Both the position numbers and the translations under genes were made by a program. Below the pieces are notes generated by a model that saw only the letters and a program-made list of their open reading frames with translations, ran no database searches and was not told where the DNA came from. From an uncultured virus (IMG/VR IMGVR_UViG_3300003702_000449) (taxonomy: Duplodnaviria > Heunggongvirae > Uroviricota > Caudoviricetes), in IMG/VR virus record IMGVR_UViG_3300003702_000449: a stretch of 64,000 nucleotides of DNA. One strand, given 5' to 3'. Of the stretch, positions 28,280-37,166 are shown in pieces; the stretch's first letter is position 1, and the number at the start of each line of letters is the position of its first letter.

Positions 28280-29010
28280 TAGACCTTACCCTTAGGAAAA
28301 AGATTCTTAACGAGTTTACCTATTTTGGATTCCCCTACTAGATTATTAGGAGAAGTAGATGGACCACTTGGACCTATTCTCAGTTTATTAGCACCACCTG
28401 TCAAAGGAATTCTTTGACCTGGAGCTAGGCCCGGAAGCTTATTAGGTGTTGCCCCAGGACTTGGAATAGGGCGTTCTTGCGGATCTACCATTCCTTCATT
28501 GAATGCAGGAGTACCATTGCCTCTTACTGCAGGTCTACGTGTCTGGGGAGCGTAAGAAGGCATTTCTTCTTCATATCTATAAGGATCTCCCTGACCTTGA
28601 GCAGTCTGATCCCATTCAGATCTAACTTGTCTTTCCGAGCCACTAAAAGCAGAACCATTTTGATAAGTAGGTTGTTGAGGAGCATAGCTAGACTGGTCTT
28701 CATAAGAATCATCAGTATAACCAGATCCTAGATCTCCAGAACCATTATAGGCTCCATTTACTTCAAGTTCTTCTTCCTCTATAGGTTGCTGTTGACCATA
28801 AGACAACTGTATATCAGTAGGAATCTGACCAGGGTCAATTCTGTCTATAATAATTTGATCTCTAAGGTCAGTTCGGCCCCTCCAGGGAACAACTCCTGAA
28901 CGGGTCAAGTGATCCAAGTAAACTGTTCTTGCTTGTCTGGTAGATTGTGCAGTAACTTCTGCAGTCACTCCAGAATTAGGCAAGGTTACATAATAACTAT
29001 TATCAGGCAT
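28279..29010 (-). CDS. hypothetical protein, mostly disordered
   Basis: Folded-looking N-terminal ~75 aa followed by Q/P/G-rich sequence. Confidence 0.6.
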   Translation of the reverse strand: MPDNSYYVTLPNSGVTAEVTAQSTRQARTVYLDHLTRSGVVPWRGRTDLRDQIIIDRIDPGQIPTDIQLSYGQQQPIEEEELEVNGAYNGSGDLGSGYTDDSYEDQSSYAPQQPTYQNGSAFSGSERQVRSEWDQTAQGQGDPYRYEEEMPSYAPQTRRPAVRGNGTPAFNEGMVDPQERPIPSPGATPNKLPGLAPGQRIPLTGGANKLRIGPSGPSTSPNNLVGESKIGKLVKNLFPKGKV

Positions 29011-29356
29011 GAGCTTCTACGCCCCCCCATAGTCCCAGTTCCCACATATATTGAAGTACTTCTTTTAGATGTGTTCCCTTAGATCTAAGATCCTTAAGCT
29101 TAGGAGCCATAGTCCTAGCTAAAATAGCAAGATCTACAGTGTCTCGTCCTTCCTTGTAAAATAGATTACCTAAAGCATTAAATGCAATCTTTGCTGTAGC
29201 ATTCAGTTCACCAGAAGGAAATTTCTTGATAATGTCTTTCCAGCTTTCCTGGTATTCTTGAAGAGAAACTGTCTTACTAAAGCTTTCCCCTGATTCAAGT
29301 ATATCTTTATCTGCGTCGGGAGTCTCAGATGGTGGCCTATGTCCATTAGTAGTCAT
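29003..29356 (-). CDS. EYQExWK / FNxxGxxFY paralog family member
   Basis: VSLQEYQESWK...AFNALGNLFY...MWELGL. Confidence 0.6.
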   Translation of the reverse strand: MTTNGHRPPSETPDADKDILESGESFSKTVSLQEYQESWKDIIKKFPSGELNATAKIAFNALGNLFYKEGRDTVDLAILARTMAPKLKDLRSKGTHLKEVLQYMWELGLWGGVEAHA

Positions 29357-29731
29357 TTAAACATCTACCAAATTAAGTTCGTACATAGATTCTAGAATTG
29401 CAAGATACTGCTTTCTCTGGACAGGCTTTTGTCCAGATTGTAATCTGTCAAGAAACTGTTTAAGTGCTACTTGTTCATAATCTTCTCTATAAAAGAGAAT
29501 ACCTATTTTATTATAAACATCTTTAGTCATAGTCATTGGAATAAGCAACTCTTTATGTTGAGCCTGAACCTTAGCTGCTAAATCCCCAAAACCTGCCTTA
29601 TATACCTCTGCTGGAGCTACTCTAACTAAAAGATTAGTTCCCTTAGCTCCTGGATCTGTAGTATCAGAAGTAAAGTAAGGACTATCCCCACCTACTTTGT
29701 ACTCTGGATAGTCTAAGATATCTTCAGGCAT
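29357..29731 (-). CDS. FNxxGxxFY paralog family member
   Basis: VYNKIGILFY...MYELNLVDV. Confidence 0.6.
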   Translation of the reverse strand: MPEDILDYPEYKVGGDSPYFTSDTTDPGAKGTNLLVRVAPAEVYKAGFGDLAAKVQAQHKELLIPMTMTKDVYNKIGILFYREDYEQVALKQFLDRLQSGQKPVQRKQYLAILESMYELNLVDV

Positions 29732-29740
29732 GACTCTATC

Positions 29741-30079
29741 CTAGTAACTAAGCTTCTTTCCCTTCATACTCTTTTTAACTGTCTTAAAGATGTTAGAAGA
29801 AGCAGGATCAGAATTACCCTTAGTCATCTTAACAGGCTTTGCTGCCTTCTTAAGTTGGGAATGTTGCTTTCCAGCTGCCTTAGCAATGCTATTCTTATTA
29901 ATCTTCATTTCCCGACTCCTTCTAGGTCGTCTTGTCTGAGATTGAGCTGCTTGTGATTTGGGCCCCAACATTGTATCAGTGATCTTCATAACTACGCCTG
30001 CTCCTATAACCATAGGAATCAGACCAGTCATGCCATCTAAACCTGCCATACCTTCCATAACTATCTCCCAGGGTTCCAA
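29741..30079 (-). CDS. small protein with a hydrophobic helix and very basic tail (candidate virion protein)
   Basis: GLIPMVIGAGVVM then K/R-rich; first gene after a promoter; true start may be the MEGMAG ATG. Confidence 0.6.
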   Translation of the reverse strand: MEPWEIVMEGMAGLDGMTGLIPMVIGAGVVMKITDTMLGPKSQAAQSQTRRPRRSREMKINKNSIAKAAGKQHSQLKKAAKPVKMTKGNSDPASSNIFKTVKKSMKGKKLSY

Positions 30080-30116
30080 AAACTAATTAAAGACACTTCT
30101 ACCACGATATATTAGT

Positions 30117-30146
30117 ATAATATCATAAATCATCTGGATCTGTCAA
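30117..30146 (-). promoter_or_regulatory. sigma70-type promoter TTGACA-N18-TATTAT, extended -10
   Basis: Minus strand TTGACA gatccagatgatttatga TATTAT in an intergenic gap. Confidence 0.6.
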
Positions 30147-30162
30147 TCAATGATATTGGGTC

Positions 30163-30642
30163 TTAGTAAGGTCCCTGCTTAGGTTTTGTACTTAGTTCTT
30201 GAATAGACTCAGGGCCTAAGTCCAGAGATTGAGCAATACCAAGCATAAAAGTCTGCTCCTTAGGAGTAACTGGAACTTGTATTATTTTACCTTCATCTAA
30301 AGCCTTTTCAAAACCTTCTATACCCCTATGTCCAGTTGCGTGGTCAATCCTCTCTACAAGTACCCTTGCTAAACTTCTAATTTCTCTACTTTGAGTTTCT
30401 GTATGAGCAGTAGTTTCTCCTGTATCAGGATCAGTTAACTCCTTCATACTACTGAGTTCCTCAGACATAAATCTATAAAGATCATAGCCCCACTCAGCAT
30501 TTAGATAAATACTGTTATCTATCTCTCCAGGTTTAAAAACTCTACCTCTAGGTAAGTTTCCTCGTCTACGAAGAGGTTTTTTGCTTCCAAAGGATAAAGG
30601 AGGAAGTTCATCATCAGGCATTAGAATCTCCCTGCCAGGCAA
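30163..30642 (-). CDS. hypothetical protein
   Basis: 159-aa ORF in the operon. Confidence 0.55.
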   Translation of the reverse strand: MPGREILMPDDELPPLSFGSKKPLRRRGNLPRGRVFKPGEIDNSIYLNAEWGYDLYRFMSEELSSMKELTDPDTGETTAHTETQSREIRSLARVLVERIDHATGHRGIEGFEKALDEGKIIQVPVTPKEQTFMLGIAQSLDLGPESIQELSTKPKQGPY

Positions 30643-30869
30643 TAGAAGCCAGGCCTTTCACATTTAAAGCGCATTGACTTACTAAGAGTCCATAAAGCTC
30701 CCTTGTTAGTTATGTCACTTCTATGGTTAGTTCTAGCTAACTCTCCAAGAAGTTCATAGTGCATAGGCTCATTATCATTAGTAGTGATAATACTTAACAG
30801 AAGCCTTTCATATTCCGGATTTACACTAAACCTGGGATTTTTTTGCATTTCCTTGTTCCTCCTAGCCAA
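30621..30869 (-). CDS. hypothetical protein (HARE-HTH-like)
   Basis: PMHY.LL.EL...LS...RF....PG.Y.L pattern. Confidence 0.4.
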   Translation of the reverse strand: MARRNKEMQKNPRFSVNPEYERLLLSIITTNDNEPMHYELLGELARTNHRSDITNKGALWTLSKSMRFKCERPGFYCLAGRF

Positions 30870-31206
30870 ATACCTTAATTAACCATATATACATTAAAGT
30901 TGACATTGCCAGTATAAGAGCTATTGTAAAACTTTTCCTTCTGAAAGTACTAGATTGATTCCTTTTAGCGTCTTTCTCACGTTTCTTCCAGTTACAGTTT
31001 GCACAGAGTAGTTGATACCGTTTAGTTTCTTTCTCTATATTATGGTATAACTGCATCCTAGTTAGGCCTTCTCTTCTTTCCTGGGCCCCATCACCATAGA
31101 CATGGTCAATCTGGAGTACTCTAGTATCTTTCTCACCACAGTGTTTACACTTACCTCCAAGAAGGTTATGAATCTGTGCCTTCCTTCTTTGAGTGTAACT
31201 AGTCAT
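30862..31206 (-). CDS. HNH-family protein with C-terminal TM
   Basis: GGKCKHCG...LQIDHV...YQLLCANCN. Confidence 0.75.
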   Translation of the reverse strand: MTSYTQRRKAQIHNLLGGKCKHCGEKDTRVLQIDHVYGDGAQERREGLTRMQLYHNIEKETKRYQLLCANCNWKKREKDAKRNQSSTFRRKSFTIALILAMSTLMYIWLIKVFG

Positions 31207-31558
31207 CTCTTAGATACTTCATCAGGAATCTTGTAGATATAAGAGGCTCACCTTCAGAATCTAATTCACTAAATATTCTTTTATACACTTTTATATATTT
31301 AGAAGGAATACTACTAAATGAGACTAATTCTGTTTCACTTTCTCCAGTATGCTCAAATTCCTCTGGAATATTAACTTCAAAAACAGTAATTGATATACCA
31401 CCATGTACTTCCTGAGCTTCAGCCCAGGCACTAAACGGATCAGTATCTACAAATACTGCAGGCTGAGTAGAACCATAAATAGGGGATACAGGTACTATTC
31501 CCTTACTGAGAATAGATTTTTCATTCCTAGTAGGTGTTGCATGATAATACTTAGGCAT
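31199..31558 (-). CDS. ADP-ribosyltransferase-fold protein (Tpt1/KptA C-domain-like)
   Basis: YYHAT...SILSKGI.P...AVFV...VFEV...IPSKYI. Confidence 0.6.
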   Translation of the reverse strand: MPKYYHATPTRNEKSILSKGIVPVSPIYGSTQPAVFVDTDPFSAWAEAQEVHGGISITVFEVNIPEEFEHTGESETELVSFSSIPSKYIKVYKRIFSELDSEGEPLISTRFLMKYLRDD

Positions 31559-31850
31559 AACTTATATATCCTGCCTCAAATAGCCTTCTAAGACTGGACC
31601 TAACATCAGAACGTAACTCCTCATCATTCCAATCCTGTCCAGCCTCTAAAGATCCTAGTCCCTGGCCTCTATCAACCATTGCCAGGATATCCTCAGCACT
31701 AGCAGATCCATGCTGTCTTATTCTAGACTCTAACTCAAAAAGAACATCCCAATCATCCATGTCCGGATTAGACATCCTCTTATCATGGAACATCTTATTT
31801 AGATGTCTTCGATATGTTTCACCTTTAGGAGTTATAATAATCTCAGGCAT
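31551..31850 (-). CDS. permuted winged-helix family member
   Basis: IIITPKGE...LRRLFEAGYISY. Confidence 0.6.
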   Translation of the reverse strand: MPEIIITPKGETYRRHLNKMFHDKRMSNPDMDDWDVLFELESRIRQHGSASAEDILAMVDRGQGLGSLEAGQDWNDEELRSDVRSSLRRLFEAGYISYA

Positions 31851-32361
31851 GGGCTAACTGTCCTTTAATTTGTCCACTTAAGTCATGAACCCATCTAAGC
31901 TGAAGTTCTTGTACTCGAGGAGTATCTTCATTAGGAGGATCAGGAGTAACTAAATAATTACAGAAAGGTTCTAATAGTCTTAGGTCCTCTCCACCATTCA
32001 GTAAAACAGTCACCGCTCCTTTACATTGAGCTGCTTCAAAAGCATTAAGTAGATAAGGAGCACGACCACTTATACTAAAGGCTATAACTACATCTCCAGA
32101 CTTAACTAAACCCTTTATCTGACGACTAAATACAACATCCCAACCAAAGTCATTAGTAATAGCTGTAATAATACTTACGTTGTCGTTAAGGCAATATACA
32201 GACAAAGGATCTTCATACTGTTCATACTTACCTGCCAGTTCTCCAGCAAAGTGTGTTGCAGTAGAGGCATTTCCACCCACTCCAAAGATGAATACAGATC
32301 TTCCTACTCTTAATCTATTAGAGACTAATCTAGAAACATCCTTTATTTCTACTTTTAGCAT
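31843..32361 (-). CDS. gmhA: sedoheptulose-7-phosphate isomerase (SIS)
   Basis: FGVGGNAS.A.HFA.EL, TAITNDFG...VFSRQ, GDVVIAFS.SG, TPRVQE. Confidence 0.9.
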   Translation of the reverse strand: MLKVEIKDVSRLVSNRLRVGRSVFIFGVGGNASTATHFAGELAGKYEQYEDPLSVYCLNDNVSIITAITNDFGWDVVFSRQIKGLVKSGDVVIAFSISGRAPYLLNAFEAAQCKGAVTVLLNGGEDLRLLEPFCNYLVTPDPPNEDTPRVQELQLRWVHDLSGQIKGQLAHA

Positions 32362-32657
32362 TAAACTTCTTCTTCCTGCTTAAATTTAGCTCTAGGCAGG
32401 AATTTTTTAGCTTTAGCTATTACTACAGAAACTTCTGATCCACTCAGATCTGTATATCCAATATGTCTCTCACCTTTATGAGATCCACCTACCGCATATT
32501 CTTGGTAGAACCATTTGCTGTCAATTTTCTTAGGTAGAGATTTATAGAACTGTGTCATAGAGGGAGGGCTAGGATCCTCAGTCTTAAACATTATCTGTAG
32601 ATAGTATTTTCTAGATTTAGGCATCCTCTTTAATCCTTTCTGTATGTGGAGGCTCAT
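32361..32657 (-). CDS. hypothetical protein
   Basis: Coupled ORF; start uncertain. Confidence 0.5.
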   Translation of the reverse strand: MSLHIQKGLKRMPKSRKYYLQIMFKTEDPSPPSMTQFYKSLPKKIDSKWFYQEYAVGGSHKGERHIGYTDLSGSEVSVVIAKAKKFLPRAKFKQEEEV

Positions 32658-32814
32658 TCAACCAAAAATGGTCTTTACTTATAGAGTTCTTAAACATCCT
32701 ATTTTCCTGACACTTTAAGCAGGTACCTGAACTAAGAGATCCACTTGCCACTTCTATTACCCAATGATGCACACAGTCTAATTCTAATGATATTACAGGA
32801 CTCTTAAGTACCAT
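32617..32814 (-). CDS. small CxHHW Zn-binding protein
   Basis: CVHHWVIE...G..S.G.C.KC...F.NS. Confidence 0.6.
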   Translation of the reverse strand: MVLKSPVISLELDCVHHWVIEVASGSLSSGTCLKCQENRMFKNSISKDHFWLNEPPHTERIKEDA

Positions 32815-33487
32815 TAATACCTACTCTTTGTCCACTTAGTTGCTCAGCAGATACGTAATCATTTTCAAACTGATTAGAAGTAAAAATTGAGTACTGATGA
32901 GTTATCATCTTTTGTAAAACAGAAGGTGGTACTGTTACAATATGTGCTCCTACTTTAATACAATCCAATACATTTCCAACAGTACGAACTGAACCTACTA
33001 TTAGTTCACATCCTTTATCAAAGAAGTTATTATCTAAATAAGTTACACAATCCTTTACAACTTCCTTATAGTCTCCACCTTCATCATCAATCCGTCCACC
33101 AAAGAGACTAACATATTTAGCACCTGCTTTAGATGCAAGAATAATTTGAGACAAGGAAAGCATTGCAGTACAATTAACTGGAATACCCTTATCAGTTAAC
33201 TCAGAAATTATATCTAGGTTATGGTCTCCTTTTATATCAAGAAAAGGAACCTTTATTACTAAGATAGGATTTATAGGAGAGAGCCAATTCCAAAGTACTT
33301 CTGCTTGCTGAAGTAAATCTCCTCCAGACTCCACAGACACATGCTTATTAGCCATATACCTACAAATCTCTTCAAGGTCCCCACCTTCTTTCTTAAGGAT
33401 TGAAGGATTCGTAGTAACACCAGAAATAACTGATCTCCAATGCTTCATACTATCTATATTAGAAGTATCAAGGAATATCTTACTCAT
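32804..33487 (-). CDS. talC: transaldolase, small TalC/FSA family
   Basis: FLDT, GVTTNPS, VIKVP, NCT, YVSLFGGR. Glu in VSVE and Phe in SLF favour transaldolase over FSA. Confidence 0.88.
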   Translation of the reverse strand: MSKIFLDTSNIDSMKHWRSVISGVTTNPSILKKEGGDLEEICRYMANKHVSVESGGDLLQQAEVLWNWLSPINPILVIKVPFLDIKGDHNLDIISELTDKGIPVNCTAMLSLSQIILASKAGAKYVSLFGGRIDDEGGDYKEVVKDCVTYLDNNFFDKGCELIVGSVRTVGNVLDCIKVGAHIVTVPPSVLQKMITHQYSIFTSNQFENDYVSAEQLSGQRVGINGT

Positions 33488-33879
33488 TATTCTCCTTCAT
33501 TAACTCTTTCATAACTTGAAGTCTCCGAAGTAGGAGGTTCTTTTAATCTTCTGGGTCTTCTTCCAGCTTGTATCTCCTTCTGAGCCCACTTTTCATAGTT
33601 CATTGCTGGATAAATAGGTGCGGTACCTTCCCCTCCAACAATCTCTCCAGGCCTACCTTCCTGATCTTCAAGAGGTTCTTTGCCTTTCTTAAATACATGG
33701 AACTTACATAGGCTAGTAGGTCCAATCCTACCTACAACTATCCTACATTTACCTTGACCTTCTGGAGATCTATGAGTAGCCTTAGATAATTCTGTATAGT
33801 GAGCACAGGTTCCACACTCACGAGGCCAGTCTCCCTGTCCATAATCACATTCTACCTTAGTATACTTCTCAAATGCCAT
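33487..33879 (-). CDS. HiPIP-like 4-Cys protein with C-terminal extension
   Basis: DY...ECGTCAHY...CRIVVGRI....LCKF. Confidence 0.6.
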   Translation of the reverse strand: MAFEKYTKVECDYGQGDWPRECGTCAHYTELSKATHRSPEGQGKCRIVVGRIGPTSLCKFHVFKKGKEPLEDQEGRPGEIVGGEGTAPIYPAMNYEKWAQKEIQAGRRPRRLKEPPTSETSSYERVNEGE

Positions 33880-34133
33880 TACTTTAACTCCACTAAATTA
33901 TTATCTAGCAAAAAATCTAGTACCTCACTAAACTCCCCAGTCCTTACTCCAGTCTTCTGTTTCAAACGCCACCTTCTCAGACCTTTTGTAGGAGTGCCCT
34001 TATTAGTTAATAGTTCACCTAAAACAGCTGGAGTATCCTCGGGAGACTCATCAGCAATATCTTCATATAGAACTAAAGCATCATCAGTTGCTTTAATAAC
34101 AGTCTTTGGATGACTTTTATCACCTTTAGGCAT
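33879..34133 (-). CDS. probable permuted winged-helix family member
   Basis: IKATDDA...LDFLLDNNLVEL. Confidence 0.45.
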   Translation of the reverse strand: MPKGDKSHPKTVIKATDDALVLYEDIADESPEDTPAVLGELLTNKGTPTKGLRRWRLKQKTGVRTGEFSEVLDFLLDNNLVELK

Positions 34134-34528
34134 TATGATAATTCCTCATTCTGAAGCTTAGTCTGAGCCCTCTTCAGCTTCTTTAAGATAGGCTGTAACT
34201 GTGCTTGCCAGTATCTAGCCTGTCTCTGCATTTCAGCCCATTCAACCTTTCTTTCAGGAGACAAAGTTTTCTGCCAATCCACCATCTCTTTATAGTTTCC
34301 AGGTGAGTCCATATAACCTGTTACTCTTTCTTGCCTGAAATACTCAATATAGAGCTTGACTCCCTCTATTACCTCATCAATACTAAGGTCATCTAAACCT
34401 TCCTCTAAAGGAACATCACCACCAAAGTCTTCATCACTTAAAAGATGAGCCTCAGCAGTCTTTATAACATTGACATCTCTTCTACTTAGTATAGAAAAGA
34501 TACCACCAAACCTACTTTTACCTACCAT
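34133..34528 (-). CDS. RFGG family protein
   Basis: RFGGIFSIL...LKKLKRAQTKLQNEEL. Confidence 0.65.
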   Translation of the reverse strand: MVGKSRFGGIFSILSRRDVNVIKTAEAHLLSDEDFGGDVPLEEGLDDLSIDEVIEGVKLYIEYFRQERVTGYMDSPGNYKEMVDWQKTLSPERKVEWAEMQRQARYWQAQLQPILKKLKRAQTKLQNEELS

Positions 34529-34770
34529 TACTTACCAGCCTTATGCTGCTTATAGAAGTATTTTGCATCAGCCTGTGCAGCCTTCCTAGTAGGTTCATCC
34601 TGAGTAACATTTGCAAGTGCCTGCAGAGCACGTCCTGATGAAAGGTTTGACTTATGACCTTTCAAAGCCAGTGCCCTACGTTTCTTTGCAGCATAAGACT
34701 TCTTCCAACCAGTATGTTTAGACTTAGACTCTGCTGTCTTATACCATTTAGAGGAACTAGATCTTCCCAT
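34528..34770 (-). CDS. small basic protein
   Basis: GW.......RR.LALK......RALQAL....D......D..YF; K/R-rich. Confidence 0.6.
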   Translation of the reverse strand: MGRSSSSKWYKTAESKSKHTGWKKSYAAKKRRALALKGHKSNLSSGRALQALANVTQDEPTRKAAQADAKYFYKQHKAGK

Positions 34771-34909
34771 GGGTCTTTAGCTTACCACTCATTTGGGAAT
34801 CAATAGATCCCTTACCTTTCCTAGTATGCTTAGCAAGATCCTTTCTAGCTGCCTTAGCCTTCTTACTGAAACCAGCTTTCATTTTAGCCCAGGTGTCTGA
34901 CTTAGCCAT
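34757..34909 (-). CDS. 50-aa lysine-rich peptide (not in ORF track)
   Basis: MAKSDTWAKMKAGFSKKAKAARKDLAKHTRKGKG...; fills the gap after hddA. Confidence 0.55.
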   Translation of the reverse strand: MAKSDTWAKMKAGFSKKAKAARKDLAKHTRKGKGSIDSQMSGKLKTHGKI

Positions 34910-35936
34910 TTTCTTCACTTCCTATTGATTCTATTAGATTAAGAACGCCAATCTGTCTATCTGAGGTATGAACTATCTCAGCACCATTTGGAGCTACTCT
35001 TATAGTAATGCCTCCAATAGGTACAAGGGATATTTCACTGTACATCAAGAAGTATCCACCTCCTCCTAGTCCAATTAACTTGCCACCAAGTGCGCCTGCA
35101 TCAAGACACTTATTCCAAATATCAAACATTTCAGGAGTAGCTATTTCATGGTCCCTATGTATCTTTGATTCCCAATGTTCAGTAAATAAACTAGCAATCT
35201 CTTTATAACTACCAGAATGTAGATACCTTTCTATTTTATTCCCAATCACTTTAATTTGACTCAGAGACTCCAGCATAGTTTCATCAAATGCTTCAGTCTT
35301 CTCATTCTGTCTAATTGCTATGTCCAAACTAGTTCTAGTCTCATTAGTATAGACTAAATATAACTTATCTACAAATCTAGATATGTCTATAGTAGAAGTA
35401 CCTGACAGATCTTCTCCCTCTTCAGTCATTCCCCCTAATATAACTATATTTGCTCCGCCCTTAGCAGCAAAGAATTGATCCTGCATTCCACCTGGACTAT
35501 TAGCCATTTCCCTTTCAACATAAAAGGCTTCCCCAAATAGTCTTTCAGGAGTATAGACATCACCATCAATAAGAGCATTTAAACCCATTAAAAGGGCACA
35601 AGTAAATGAAGATGATCCACCTAGACCTGAGGATTCAGGTACATCACTAAATGTAGCGATTTCTAATCCACCTTCTTCAGGTAAGCCTATATGTCTAATT
35701 GCTTCTGCTGCAACTTTATTTTCAAGTTGGTCTAATCCTTCTTCAGTTGCATCTACTACTTCATTCTTAGAATACTTAAGATGTATTTTAGCTTCTCTAA
35801 TAGGATGTACTATAACATATACATAGAGATCGCAAGCAAAGCCTACTAAATATCCCCCATACTTATTATAGTAGGATGCAAAGTCTGTTCCCCCTCCACC
35901 TAAGGGTATTCTTAACGGTGCCCTAGTTATTATCAT
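34902..35936 (-). CDS. hddA: D-glycero-alpha-D-manno-heptose-7-phosphate kinase (GHMP)
   Basis: IITRAPLRI.LGGGGTD, DVP.SSGLGGSSS, G.QDQ.FAA.GG, GGKL.G.GGGG. Confidence 0.88.
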   Translation of the reverse strand: MIITRAPLRIPLGGGGTDFASYYNKYGGYLVGFACDLYVYVIVHPIREAKIHLKYSKNEVVDATEEGLDQLENKVAAEAIRHIGLPEEGGLEIATFSDVPESSGLGGSSSFTCALLMGLNALIDGDVYTPERLFGEAFYVEREMANSPGGMQDQFFAAKGGANIVILGGMTEEGEDLSGTSTIDISRFVDKLYLVYTNETRTSLDIAIRQNEKTEAFDETMLESLSQIKVIGNKIERYLHSGSYKEIASLFTEHWESKIHRDHEIATPEMFDIWNKCLDAGALGGKLIGLGGGGYFLMYSEISLVPIGGITIRVAPNGAEIVHTSDRQIGVLNLIESIGSEENG

Positions 35937-35946
35937 CCTTCCCCCC

Positions 35947-36405
35947 TTACCTTAATTCCTCATTCTGAAATTTATATAATCCCCTTTCTAACTTTCTGAC
36001 TATAGGATGTAGCCTGCCCATCCACCTACGACAGGCAGTTAGACGGTCAAAGTGTCCAGGATGTAAAGGATCTTTAGTATAAGTTCCATAAGTTCCTATT
36101 TCATATTCCTGAGCTTCAGGCATACGCATCCTGTTACATTCATCTTTTAGTTCATTATACCAACCTTTTACAAATGCTAAAACATCCTCAAGAGGCAAAC
36201 TAAGGATATAATCTGTAGTTATGAAATCAGTCCCTGGACTTCCTGGTCTTTCGGTTAAGTCAAAGCCTACATCCCCTCCAAATATAATCTCAGTATCAGG
36301 ACTAAGATCCTCTTCCTGGACCCAAACCTCAAACTGTCTAAGAGTATTTATATCTCTTCCACTAAGTACTGAAAAGAGACCACCAAACCTGTCTTTAGCT
36401 ACCAT
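35947..36405 (-). CDS. RFGG family protein
   Basis: RFGGLFSVL...LHPIVRKLERGLYKFQNEEL. Confidence 0.65.
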   Translation of the reverse strand: MVAKDRFGGLFSVLSGRDINTLRQFEVWVQEEDLSPDTEIIFGGDVGFDLTERPGSPGTDFITTDYILSLPLEDVLAFVKGWYNELKDECNRMRMPEAQEYEIGTYGTYTKDPLHPGHFDRLTACRRWMGRLHPIVRKLERGLYKFQNEELR

Positions 36406-36683
36406 TACCTTAATTCCTCTTCTGGTCCCTGGTCCATCTGAACTAATTCCATAATAGAATTGTCTAGAGGTCCATATACTCCCATAGGAATCCCTTCACC
36501 TTTACTTGTTGCTCTAGCTCTAACAATCCTCTGTAAGTCTACAATCCTGCCTATAGCTATTCCTATATCTATTCCACCAGACATATAAGATTCAATTATA
36601 AGTTTATGCTGTTCCCTAATCCAACGAGAATGTTCTAGGTCATTCATTAGGAATTGTCCATTCACTAACTTCTCTAGATCCAC
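36405..36683 (-). CDS. hypothetical protein
   Basis: Coupled ORF; start probably MNDLE. Confidence 0.5.
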   Translation of the reverse strand: MDLEKLVNGQFLMNDLEHSRWIREQHKLIIESYMSGGIDIGIAIGRIVDLQRIVRARATSKGEGIPMGVYGPLDNSIMELVQMDQGPEEELR

Positions 36684-36954
36684 CTCTAGGTCCCCCAGAA
36701 TGTAAAGGTAAAGAGTCTAAATCAGGCATAATTTCTTTTATGTCTCTTTTAAGACCCGGAACTAGTATTTGGTTTGCATCTAATTCTATTGTCTGACCTT
36801 TCTTAATTCTTCCCTTAAGTTCATTAAGCCACCACTCTTCATTAGCACTACTCCAATTAAGGACAGAAGAAGGCTTTGAAGCAGTTACTGTATAATAACC
36901 ATAGACAATCCGTCTATTTATTAAGTCATTAACTTCTTCTAAGTAATCATTCAT
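36640..36954 (-). CDS. hypothetical protein
   Basis: Coupled ORF (begins MNDYLEE). Confidence 0.5.
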   Translation of the reverse strand: MNDYLEEVNDLINRRIVYGYYTVTASKPSSVLNWSSANEEWWLNELKGRIKKGQTIELDANQILVPGLKRDIKEIMPDLDSLPLHSGGPRGGSREVSEWTIPNE

Positions 36955-37166
36955 TAGTCTTCCTCTTGAACATCCTCATTAGGAGTCCAGAGATTACAGA
37001 CTCCTCCCTCATTGATATGGCCTTTAACTAACTGGCAGGAATGACTATTAAAAGGCCCAAAGCTGCTACCTTTCAGGAACTGAACACAGTTCTTACAAAC
37101 TTCAGGTACTTCTCCCTTTCTATAATCTACGTCTCTTTTGGCGTAGACCGAAGTTTGGCTTTCCAT
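36954..37166 (-). CDS. HiPIP-like 4-Cys protein
   Basis: K..VDY....EVCKNCVQF...CQLVKGHI..GGVCNLW. Confidence 0.7.
   Translation of the reverse strand: MESQTSVYAKRDVDYRKGEVPEVCKNCVQFLKGSSFGPFNSHSCQLVKGHINEGGVCNLWTPNEDVQEED

Noticed and set aside
35947..36419. Identical 15-mer TTACCTTAATTCCTC at the ends of two adjacent genes as an att site
   Set aside because: On the coding strand it is GAGGAATTAAGGTAA, an SD-like sequence plus stop serving the next gene; no integrase is present.
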